Source: Candidatus Acidiferrales bacterium
GTDB taxonomy: Bacteria; Acidobacteriota; Terriglobia; Terriglobales; Acidobacteriaceae
Assembly (NCBI GenBank): GCA_035553195.1
Contig: DATNDP010000221.1
Location: forward strand, 11,379-75,378
Direction: 5' to 3'
Length of the DNA stretch: 64,000 nt
A program made the position numbers and the translations under genes. This document shows, one piece after another, positions 32,489 to 41,012 of the stretch (positions are counted from its first letter, which is position 1; every line of letters begins with the position of its first letter). The notes under the pieces are model-generated. The model had not been told where the DNA came from and did no database searches. It saw only the letters and a list, made by a program, of their open reading frames with translations.

Positions 32489-34420
32489 TCAGTAGTAGGA
32501 AGTCTGATTGACCCACTGCAGACGCTGCACTGTCGTTGTAGCTTTCGCCGACGCGACGCCGCCCAGGGTCAGGCTGGTGGAAGGGAACCACGGTGGAGCG
32601 AATCCACCCTGAGCATACCGCCGGTCAAAATACACGTTTCTAGTCTTCGCATTGATGTTCTTGATGTTGTTTTGAATGCGGCCGCCCACAATCGTCAACT
32701 GGTTGATTTGATTTCCAATATTCGTCAGGCCGCCCGTGCCATTTTGTGAAATGGTCGCCAGCGAGGCATCAATCTCCAGGTTGGCGTTTGCCTGCTGGTT
32801 GTTCAACTGGATGTCGCCGGTTGCGGTATAGATTCCCAATGCCTGACGGGTGTCATTGCCTGGAATCAGCGTATCTGCAGGTTGTCCTGTAATCGGGTTC
32901 GGGCTGGTAGTCACCGGCTCCGTAGTGTAAAGAATATCCCCGGTTACGGTAACGTTATTGGCGGCTGTGATTGTTACCTCACTCCCGTTCTGGATGGCGG
33001 GTACGCCCTGCCCAGGGCCTGAAAGGGAAGTAATGCTGCCATCCACATACAGCATGGTTGCCGGCGACGATGCGTGCGTGGCCGGATCGATCTGCTGTGG
33101 AACTCCCTGGAATACCACGGGAGCGGAGACAGGCAAACCTCCAACTTGCGTCGTCACGGTAGTTGTTCCATTACCGTTTTTTCCACCCGTGGGGTTGATT
33201 ACAACCGTTGTGGTGGTGGCGGGATTCCCTTGCTTTATCGTATACACCTGCTGTGAGGTGCCATTGGGAGCGGAGAGCGTTACTGAAGCACTGCCCTCCA
33301 CGTAGATTCCGCCACCATCGATCGTGTTATCGCCGTCCTTCTGTGTGTAAGGGAGAAAGACGCCCGAGTTTGTGCCGGAAGAAGGATACGGATTTCCGTT
33401 TACGTCTTTCAAGGCATTGTGAAGATCGCTCTTGCTTACCGGGCTTGTATCAGCGCCGATCCCATCCAGCACCGCCCTTTGCTGGTTGAAGTCATTGGAC
33501 GGAAGAGGCACTGCTGCTTGGCCTTGTTGGACTCCTGCCTGGAACTGGGGATCGATGGTGTTGTTGCCAGACTTCACGGGAACATCACCCGCCACTTCCT
33601 TGCAAGTGCCGCTGAACTGATATCCCGACGTGGATGCCACGCTGCCGACTGTATCGGTAAAAATATAGGAACCTGACGTGCCGAAATTCCAGGCACCATT
33701 GGTGAATACGGGACCGGAGATCGTGCCGGGCACCAGGGTCGTGCCATCGCATTCCGGAGAATGGTCAATAAACATTCCCCAGGCAGCAAAACTGATCTTG
33801 GAATTCGTGGGGACGAGAGTGGCCTTTACGATCACGCTGCCCCGGTCAGAGATGGTTGTCGCCTGAGTACCTTGTGCTTGTCCTTGCGCAGTCAGGGAAT
33901 AGTTGTAGAGATAGTCGTATTCGGTGACCGGGCCGCTGGGCGCAGCACAGGTTGCCGTCTTATCACCGCCCAGTACAGTACAACCATTCGGCGCAAGTGC
34001 AAACGAAACGTTTGTCAGCTTGAAGCTGCCCGGCCACGAAGAGCCGGCACTACCGTTTCCCGTGAGCTTCACAAAATTCTGGCCGTAGGTATTGACGAGA
34101 AAATTCTGCACGTTCGTGTCAGTACCGTTCGGGATCGGCTGCTGTGTAATGGTGAAGCTGGCCGGGATTGCAGCTACCACCTGGTCCAGCATGGCTTGGC
34201 GCGCCACGTTCAGGCCTGAGTCTGCCGCATAGAATGAGCCGCGGAAATTGCGGTAGTACCCGTTGATGAGCATGTCTGAACGGACCGAGAGGACCATGGC
34301 CAGGCTCAGCCCCGTCATCAACATCAGGAGCAGCAGGGTCGTGATCAGCGCGACGCCTTGCTGAGTCTTGCTTCGCTTCCTGTTGTGAGAGGTGGAAAAC
34401 CGAGGTGTGTTCCGTTGCAT
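32489..34420 (-). CDS. large PilX-N-domain-like pilus-associated protein
   Basis: The N-terminus QQGVALITTLLLLMLMTGLSLAMVL resembles the PilX N-terminal helix. The rest is a Thr/Gly/Asn-rich beta-type region. ATG 34420 is preceded by GAGGAGGGAGCA; the track start at 34438 is also possible. Confidence 0.7.
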   Translation of the reverse strand: MQRNTPRFSTSHNRKRSKTQQGVALITTLLLLMLMTGLSLAMVLSVRSDMLINGYYRNFRGSFYAADSGLNVARQAMLDQVVAAIPASFTITQQPIPNGTDTNVQNFLVNTYGQNFVKLTGNGSAGSSWPGSFKLTNVSFALAPNGCTVLGGDKTATCAAPSGPVTEYDYLYNYSLTAQGQAQGTQATTISDRGSVIVKATLVPTNSKISFAAWGMFIDHSPECDGTTLVPGTISGPVFTNGAWNFGTSGSYIFTDTVGSVASTSGYQFSGTCKEVAGDVPVKSGNNTIDPQFQAGVQQGQAAVPLPSNDFNQQRAVLDGIGADTSPVSKSDLHNALKDVNGNPYPSSGTNSGVFLPYTQKDGDNTIDGGGIYVEGSASVTLSAPNGTSQQVYTIKQGNPATTTTVVINPTGGKNGNGTTTVTTQVGGLPVSAPVVFQGVPQQIDPATHASSPATMLYVDGSITSLSGPGQGVPAIQNGSEVTITAANNVTVTGDILYTTEPVTTSPNPITGQPADTLIPGNDTRQALGIYTATGDIQLNNQQANANLEIDASLATISQNGTGGLTNIGNQINQLTIVGGRIQNNIKNINAKTRNVYFDRRYAQGGFAPPWFPSTSLTLGGVASAKATTTVQRLQWVNQTSYY

Positions 34421-34430
34421 TGCTCCCTCC

Positions 34431-35501
34431 TCATTCATTCATGCTCAGGTTCCGGGGATTGATTACTACCGAAACCGCCTGGATTTTGTATGGGCCCTGA
34501 TCAAACGTATTTTGAAATTTGTTATTTACGTCGCCTGACGGTGGTGTTCGTCCGATAAGAGAAATACGAACAGCGCGAATCAGACTCCAGTCATGTTTAT
34601 AAGTGCTCGCGTCAAAGCTGTAGGGATCAGCACTGGTACCATTCCAGATGGACGCGCCGACTTTGAACCCGATGATCTGTTCCGCAATAACATTCTGTTG
34701 GCCACTCTGCTCGCGTATCAGTTTGGGATCAGCGGGATCGGAAGCGTCCACCCAATATTTAATGGGAGCAAGCTTCAGGACCCAATCTGTGTTGCAAAAC
34801 TGATCACCCAACTTGTTGTTGTCGCTGTTGCTGGCAATTCCCAGGGGATCAGTATCGTTTACCCCTCCTGCCCCAGTGGGATTGTGCGCCAGTTTTACCT
34901 TTCCGCCTGACACCTCGCCATCGCTGGTGAGAACCGTCGTGGTCATCTGCGAACCGTCACTCTTCACCAGGAGAACCTCGTCTCCACTGTGAAAGTCCGC
35001 CGCAAGTTGAGCCAGAGTCGTAGCGCCAAGCGGGGTGATGAACAGGCTGGATGACGTGCTGCTTACACAATTTGCGCCGATATCCTGAGGATTGGCTGGA
35101 GGAGTGTTCGGGTCGATCGCGATCACGTTCATCGCGTCAAAACAAGTCTGGCCGTAGGTATGGGTCGTGGCATCGTAACAGTTCGTGGCCGGCGGATTAT
35201 TGACGATGGTCACGCCGATGGGCCATGAAGGAATATTCACGCCCTGGTAGTACCCGGTTCCTGCATTCACCACGTCAATCTGCATCTGCGCCGCAGCATT
35301 TCGCATGGCAATATTGAGCCCGGTCTGTTGTTCTTCGGTCGTGAACAGAGGCGCGTGTTTCCTCACCAGCCCAATCGCGGCACCGCCAACGATCATGAAG
35401 ATCGCCATAGCCACCAGAAGTTCGACAAGCGAGAAACCTGCTGTTCCTGCGGCAGCATTCGACCTGGTTTTGCGAATCAGTTGTGCATTGGCTTTGCGCA
35501 T
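34431..35501 (-). CDS. prepilin-type N-terminal cleavage/methylation domain protein (PilW-like minor pilin)
   Basis: Class III signal TAG|FSLVELLVAMAIFMIV. At 356 aa its size and operon position fit PilW. Confidence 0.75.
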   Translation of the reverse strand: MRKANAQLIRKTRSNAAAGTAGFSLVELLVAMAIFMIVGGAAIGLVRKHAPLFTTEEQQTGLNIAMRNAAAQMQIDVVNAGTGYYQGVNIPSWPIGVTIVNNPPATNCYDATTHTYGQTCFDAMNVIAIDPNTPPANPQDIGANCVSSTSSSLFITPLGATTLAQLAADFHSGDEVLLVKSDGSQMTTTVLTSDGEVSGGKVKLAHNPTGAGGVNDTDPLGIASNSDNNKLGDQFCNTDWVLKLAPIKYWVDASDPADPKLIREQSGQQNVIAEQIIGFKVGASIWNGTSADPYSFDASTYKHDWSLIRAVRISLIGRTPPSGDVNNKFQNTFDQGPYKIQAVSVVINPRNLSMNE

Positions 35502-35505
35502 GTGC

Positions 35506-36123
35506 TCACCTCACCATGCTGGTTTGGAAGTTTACTGCCCCTGTTACGGCGGGCAATTGCACCACGACCGTGATCCTGCGCGATTCCGGCGGCAATCCAG
35601 GGACGTTCGTTTCAATGATCCAGCGGCGTCTAAATAACAGGGTGTCTCCGTTGCCGGCAGGGGGTGCATTCCCTTGCGTAGAGATTACGGTTCCATCCGG
35701 GGCATGAGTTGTCGTCGTGAAGACATTCTTGCCGCCCGCGTCTTTTCCGCTCACCGTCTCAACAATGGATCCGTTGCCGGACGAAATGGCAACCGTATCA
35801 AAATAGTCGATGGTTTGAAGGCTTCCATCCGGAGCAGTAACGCTCGCGGTGGTGTCGGCTGTCAGGCTACCCACGGAGTTCCCCGCGGAAACAGAAATGG
35901 CGGGATCAGAGTCGGGCAGCCGATTGAGATCGTCGAGCTTTTCAGAGGCAAGCAGCGCCTCCGTGCTCATGTAGCGTGACGTGCTTGAATTTCCGGTAAG
36001 CTGCGCCAGCAGAGCGGCTGCACCAAGCAACCCGACCGCCAGGATTACGATGGCAATCATGGTCTCTATCAAGGCAAAACCTGTCTGCCGGCCCGTTTTA
36101 CGGCGTGACTTTGATATTTCCAT
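35506..36123 (-). CDS. prepilin-type minor pilin (PilV-like)
   Basis: Class III signal QTG|FALIETMIAIVILAVG. ATG 36123 or TTG 36138 could be the start; both overlap the end of the upstream gene. Confidence 0.75.
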   Translation of the reverse strand: MEISKSRRKTGRQTGFALIETMIAIVILAVGLLGAAALLAQLTGNSSTSRYMSTEALLASEKLDDLNRLPDSDPAISVSAGNSVGSLTADTTASVTAPDGSLQTIDYFDTVAISSGNGSIVETVSGKDAGGKNVFTTTTHAPDGTVISTQGNAPPAGNGDTLLFRRRWIIETNVPGLPPESRRITVVVQLPAVTGAVNFQTSMVR

Positions 36124-36595
36124 AGCTAGATACCGCAATCGACTCAGTCTTTCCGTGGGACGTCAGCGTGAGTGTAGTAGAGCCCACTGAGGCGGTAACC
36201 AGACCGCCAGGATGGAACTGGAGAGTTGTGTCCTGACCCAGCACAAATGCATTTCCGAGAGGCACCGGATTCGCCGTTACGTTTGTGAAGACTCCGGTGC
36301 GGTTCGGGTCGCTCTGCACCTGATAATTCGAATTGGCCTTGCTGAATACGACTTGAAACGGGTACCCCCCGGAGATCGCCTGATACCGGGTGCCTTGAAT
36401 CGCTCCTGTAACCGCTGAGACCGCCGCATTGAGTTGAAACGACCGGTAAATATTAGTGATCAGCGGAAGGGCTACCAGCGACAGGAGCAGAGCTATGACG
36501 AGTGTGATGATGAGCTCGATCAGCGTAAAGCCTGATCTCCCGGACTGGGACCGGCGTGCCGATCCTATTCTCGATGCCAACCTGCCACCGCTCAT
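36098..36595 (-). CDS. prepilin-type minor pilin (GspH/FimT-like)
   Basis: Class III signal RSG|FTLIELIITLVIALLL. ATG 36595 is preceded by AAGGAGGAGCAG. It is the first gene of the operon. Confidence 0.75.
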   Translation of the reverse strand: MSGGRLASRIGSARRSQSGRSGFTLIELIITLVIALLLSLVALPLITNIYRSFQLNAAVSAVTGAIQGTRYQAISGGYPFQVVFSKANSNYQVQSDPNRTGVFTNVTANPVPLGNAFVLGQDTTLQFHPGGLVTASVGSTTLTLTSHGKTESIAVSSYGNIKVTP

Positions 36596-36925
36596 CTGCT
36601 CCTCCTTGCCGAAAATTGCGGCCGAAACCCAGCCTTTGAAACCGTTCGGAGCCCAAGAGAAGAACACTTCCGGAAAAAGTACTGTCGGTCGGAAAAGTTA
36701 CTTCGGTTATGCAGACTCGATTGTCTGGCCCCCCGGCGGGAGCGACAAGTTACCAAAGTGTTTTTGAGAGGAGCCGCAGTGGTTACTAAAGTTGTCGCGG
36801 CAAAGGCTGTGAGTCCTTGTCTATATTGGAGCTTTCTAATCGGTTCAGCAGAGATTGCAAATCTGGGTTGCCCGAGATTCGTTTCTTAAAACGTTCGGCA
36901 TCCAGCAGCTTGCTACAATACGGGT

Positions 36926-37300
36926 ATGATCCGTCTCCGAAATGCCGGTGTTTTCGTGCTGTTTCTTGGTTTGGCTGCCATGGCTCAGCCCGATAAGCTC
37001 CCAACCGCCACCGTGAACCTTGTGGTTGTCCGAAATTCAAATGGGAAGCCCGTCAAAAACGCGGAGGTTGTCCTGCACATGCTAGACAAGGACGGCCATA
37101 TAAAGCAGGATGGCCTGGAGCTGAAGACTCATGAAGATGGCAAAGCGGGAACGGACGGAATACCGTATGGCAAGGTGAGGATCCAGGTGATTGCTCACGG
37201 CTTCCGCACCTGGGGAAACGATTTTGACGTGCGGCAGCCGAATATGGATATCACCATCAAACTGCAAAAGCCCACCGAGCAGTTCTCCATCTACAAGTGA
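36926..37300 (+). CDS. small secreted carboxypeptidase-regulatory-like (Ig-like beta-sandwich) domain protein
   Basis: Signal peptide, then the pattern VVRNSNGKPVKNAEVVL...TDGIPYGKVRIQVIAHGF. Confidence 0.6.
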   Translation: MIRLRNAGVFVLFLGLAAMAQPDKLPTATVNLVVVRNSNGKPVKNAEVVLHMLDKDGHIKQDGLELKTHEDGKAGTDGIPYGKVRIQVIAHGFRTWGNDFDVRQPNMDITIKLQKPTEQFSIYK

Positions 37301-37421
37301 GCGACGGGGGCGGATGCTTCCCGCAGCCAGCTTTCGGCGGTTATCTTGACAGAACCGTCCTTCCAATGTCATTTCTAGTAGCTTTCCTTGTTTAGCGGAA
37401 AAGCGGAAAGGTAACGCTCGA

Positions 37422-38381
37422 GTGAAGGTAAGGGTCTTTTTCCATGGCAAGTGCTTTGACGGCACCTGTTCGGCGGCCCTGTTCTCACGCTTCTACCGCG
37501 AGCGGATCCGAGAGGACGCGCTTTTTGAATTCACCGGTCTTGTGCACCGCGCCGGCGCTCTTTTTGATGAGAACCAGTTCGATGGCGATGAAAACGTAAT
37601 TGTTGATTTCAAGTACTCGGCTTCGCCGCGGATTACGTGGTGGTTTGATCATCACCAGAGCGCGTTTCTCACGCCCGAGGATGCGGATCACTATCGCACC
37701 CATGATCAAAGCCGGAAATTCTATGATCCGGAATTCAAGTCCTGCACCAAGTTTCTGGCCCAGGTGGCGCAGGACAAGTTTGGCTTTGATGCCGCGCCCG
37801 TCGCTGAGTTAATTCATTGGGCGGATATTATCGATGGCGCTCAGTTTGAATCACCCGAGCAGGCGGTGGAAATGGCTGAGCCGGCCATGAAGCTTACCAT
37901 GGCCATTGAATCTACGAATGATCCCGACTTTCTGCCCCGGGTCATTCCGTTTCTTGTGAGCGAGCCGCTGGCCAGCGTCATCCAGGAGCCATTTGTGGCC
38001 GAACTCATCCCGCCGCTGATGGAGCGGCATGGCAAATCACTGGATATTATCCGCCAGCACTCCGAGTGCAAAAATGGCACAATTTATTTTGATATCAGTG
38101 ACTACGATCTTGAAGGTTACAACAAGTTCATTCCGTACTATCTTCATCGCGACTCGGTCTACAGCGTAGGCTTGAGCCGTAGCAGCTTTCGAGTAAAGGT
38201 CGCCGTCGGATCAAATCCATGGACGCGGAAAACTGACATGGTAAACCTGGCAAAAATCTGCGAGCGATATGGCGGAGGCGGCCATGCGCGCGTGGGAGCC
38301 ATTTCTTTCCCGCCGGACAGGGCGGAACTCGCCCGTAAGGCCGCACAGGAGATCGTTCAGGAACTGCGTAATTCAGATTGA
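37422..38381 (+). CDS. DHH/DHHA1-family phosphoesterase
   Basis: DHH motif (WWFDHHQS) and DHHA1 motif (GGGGHARVGA). GTG start. Confidence 0.75.
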   Translation: MKVRVFFHGKCFDGTCSAALFSRFYRERIREDALFEFTGLVHRAGALFDENQFDGDENVIVDFKYSASPRITWWFDHHQSAFLTPEDADHYRTHDQSRKFYDPEFKSCTKFLAQVAQDKFGFDAAPVAELIHWADIIDGAQFESPEQAVEMAEPAMKLTMAIESTNDPDFLPRVIPFLVSEPLASVIQEPFVAELIPPLMERHGKSLDIIRQHSECKNGTIYFDISDYDLEGYNKFIPYYLHRDSVYSVGLSRSSFRVKVAVGSNPWTRKTDMVNLAKICERYGGGGHARVGAISFPPDRAELARKAAQEIVQELRNSD

Positions 38382-38485
38382 ACGATATCATTTACTCGCC
38401 TCTAGGACTAAGGTTCCGTACTACCTCAGACGGAAAAAAGCTCTCACGTGCTTGATGCAGAGTTGATGCTTCGGTAGGCTCGTCA

Positions 38486-39805
38486 ATGTCCCCACGGGAG
38501 TGGGGTTCCCTGTCAAAAAACAAGGTTGGAGTAGATCACGTGTACCGCATCTCTAAGCTGGTTGCGGGCGCCGCAGTGGCGGCCCTGTCTTTATGCGCGG
38601 CAGCGCAGGAACAGCCGCCCAAGCTGAGAGGACAACACCCTCAGCAGCAACAGCATTCCACCGCGGCGAAGCTCACGCCCGAGCAGAAGTTCGTTTTTGA
38701 TACCGTCAATATGGCGGTGTCGCTGCCCGAGTCTGACCCGCAGGATCGCCTCCGTGTATTGGCCAGCGCGGCTGATGTGATCGCCCCTATCGACCGCACC
38801 ATGGCCCGGAAGCTCTGGCACGAGGGCGTGCGCATAGAATCGGAGTTGATTCGCGTGGGGCAAAAGCCATCTGTGTCTTTAATGGCCAGCGGTCAGGCTG
38901 ATTGCCAGGCTGCTCTGAACTTCGTTGAAAACCTGCCCGTAAACGCCGCCTTCCAGGCCGAGCAATCTCTCATTGGCGCTGTAACTTCCTGCCCCAAGCA
39001 GACTCTGGATACAATTTCGCGGAAGCTGGATGCGGCCATGGACAAAGGCATTGTGCCCTCGCGAGCTCTGATGGCTGCGATTCAAGCTCAGGGAGCGAGC
39101 TCTCAGTGGTCGCAGCAGCACTTTGAGAAGATGTTCGATTCGCTGCCTGACAGCCACGAGTACGCCGGCGAAGCAGAGAACTTTGCCGCAATGTACGCGC
39201 AGATGGCCCCGGACGTAAACAAGGACCTGGCCAGCCGCACGGGACTCAAACTGCTCGACTGGCTGGCCAAGATGGACGACAGTCCTGTCCGTACGATGGG
39301 CATCAACATCACTGCCGGTGCAATGCAGGAAGCGCTCGGTGCGACGGACTACGCGGCAGCACTGCAGAAGGATCTGGTGGCGAATTCTGCTGTCCAGAAT
39401 CCCGGCCAAACAAGGGAAATCGAGCGCCCTCCCGAGGACACGGTTTCCGTGCTCGAAGCCATGGACAAGGCCGGAACCGATCAAACCGAAGCTCTGCGAG
39501 GCCTTCCGCCGGTTCAGCGGGCACGCCAGGCCGCAGCCAGCGGTTTCGCTGCTGGAACCTCCGGACATAAGGCCCAGGCTGCAAAGTACTTTGATATGGC
39601 GTTCGACGCCGTAAATGAAGCCTGGGACGCTCGTACTCCGGAGACGGACACCGCTGCAGTAGTTCAAGAGGTTGGCGAGGCCGCCGCTCAGGTGAACTCT
39701 TTAAATGCACTCGTCAGAGCCCAGGCTCTCCGCGACTCTTCAGCCCAAGCGATTGCCATGCTCGCTGTTGCGCGCGTTGTGTCCAGCAACGGCATAGCTC
39801 GTTAA
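38486..39805 (+). CDS. hypothetical secreted Ala/Gln-rich helical protein
   Basis: Signal-like AGAAVAALSLCAAAQ. GTG 38540 is an alternative start. No family recognised. Confidence 0.55.
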   Translation: MSPREWGSLSKNKVGVDHVYRISKLVAGAAVAALSLCAAAQEQPPKLRGQHPQQQQHSTAAKLTPEQKFVFDTVNMAVSLPESDPQDRLRVLASAADVIAPIDRTMARKLWHEGVRIESELIRVGQKPSVSLMASGQADCQAALNFVENLPVNAAFQAEQSLIGAVTSCPKQTLDTISRKLDAAMDKGIVPSRALMAAIQAQGASSQWSQQHFEKMFDSLPDSHEYAGEAENFAAMYAQMAPDVNKDLASRTGLKLLDWLAKMDDSPVRTMGINITAGAMQEALGATDYAAALQKDLVANSAVQNPGQTREIERPPEDTVSVLEAMDKAGTDQTEALRGLPPVQRARQAAASGFAAGTSGHKAQAAKYFDMAFDAVNEAWDARTPETDTAAVVQEVGEAAAQVNSLNALVRAQALRDSSAQAIAMLAVARVVSSNGIAR

Positions 39806-39918
39806 AATCAGCAGGACATCGGTCGTCAGTGTGTATGAACTTGGGTGCCGTTGCGTGGTAAGCTGTCAAAATACATCATCAAAATAGCCAGGATTGTCCT
39901 TTGGTTCAGATCATTGAC

Positions 39919-40071
39919 GTGAAGTGTCCCAATTGTAAGCGCAGCTTCAGGACAGTCCCCGCTGTGGTAGAGCACGCAGGCTCAGTCTTCTGCTCAAGCT
40001 GCGGTACTCTAATGACAATTTCAGCGCCTCAATCCATTGAGGTTCTACGCAAGAAGCACGACGCTGCTTAA
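39919..40071 (+). CDS. possible 50-aa zinc-ribbon protein
   Basis: VKCPNCKRSF...FCSSCGTLM carries two CxxC pairs. It is below the track length cut-off, starts with GTG and has no convincing Shine-Dalgarno. Confidence 0.3.
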   Translation: MKCPNCKRSFRTVPAVVEHAGSVFCSSCGTLMTISAPQSIEVLRKKHDAA

Positions 40072-40118
40072 TTTGTGGATAGCGCGGAATCGGCGTATGC
40101 GCTCTTTTGCCTGGCAAT

Positions 40119-40679
40119 CTACTGCGAGGATCCCACACGCAGGTTGTTTTGCACAGAGAAGACTCCTGGCACGGAGTTCGCGCGAATCCCCGCTTCATTC
40201 TTGTCGGCTTGGCTGTTTACCATTCCTTCAAGGGTCACGTGACCACTTTTCACAACGATGTGAATTGGAGGGACCGATCCCATGGCGTAGGGGAAGAGAC
40301 GATCGTCATTAAATATGGCTCGCGCGACTTGGCGCCGTATACGGTCATCATTGGGGGAGGGAGGCAGGATTTCAATCTGGTTGTTGACGGTTTCCACGCC
40401 TTCCACGTGCTTCACAGCCCGTTGCGCATCGTCCTTGAGAACAGCATTGCGCACCTGACCCATCAGGGTGACCGTGCTGCCATCAACTTTATAGGAAATG
40501 TTGTCAAAAATTGAAAGTTGCGGCAGCATGACAAGCTGGTGATAAACCTCCTGCGTGACACGCTCCTGCATTCTCTGTTTTCCCGCGGAAGACTGGTTTT
40601 GAGCAGTGGACTGGGCCCACAACCCAGATGCTAGCAGGCAAATAAAAACCGTTAAACCTCTAGAACAAGCTTTTCTCAT
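40119..40679 (-). CDS. secreted protein with two BON domains
   Basis: Signal peptide (start set at MRKACSRGL). The two BON-like units are ISYKVDGSTVTLMGQVRNAVLKDDAQRAVKHVEGV and IHIVVKSGHVTLEGMVNSQADKNEAGIRANSVPGV. Confidence 0.8.
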   Translation of the reverse strand: MRKACSRGLTVFICLLASGLWAQSTAQNQSSAGKQRMQERVTQEVYHQLVMLPQLSIFDNISYKVDGSTVTLMGQVRNAVLKDDAQRAVKHVEGVETVNNQIEILPPSPNDDRIRRQVARAIFNDDRLFPYAMGSVPPIHIVVKSGHVTLEGMVNSQADKNEAGIRANSVPGVFSVQNNLRVGSSQ

Positions 40680-41012
40680 CTCCTCGACCCTCTCTGGATG
40701 GCTTAGATGCGTCAAGGCCGGGGCTTGTCACTATGCGGCGGGTGCGCGTGTGTGTGCTGAAGTGGCGGTCGGTCCTGAGAGCATTAGGAATTCAGTGCGG
40801 CCAACACTTATAAGCAGAGGATTAGTTAGAATTTTCTAATATCAGGTTGGAGCAAGTGCCGGGTCTTAGTTCGTGGATCAGGTGTGTCGCAGCCGTCTTA
40901 AGAGTCTTTTTTGTTCCAAGAGTTTTGCGTGAAAGTGTATGATCACAGCAACTCTGAATTTGGCAAAAAATCAACACCTCCTCAAGAAGGAGAGCGGGCG
41001 TCCGTTTTGGAT

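Noticed and set aside
36786-37040. 84-aa minus-strand ORF overlapping the start of the 36926-37300 gene.
   Set aside because: It overlaps a gene that has a clear signal peptide and domain pattern. Its own sequence has no motif and no Shine-Dalgarno.
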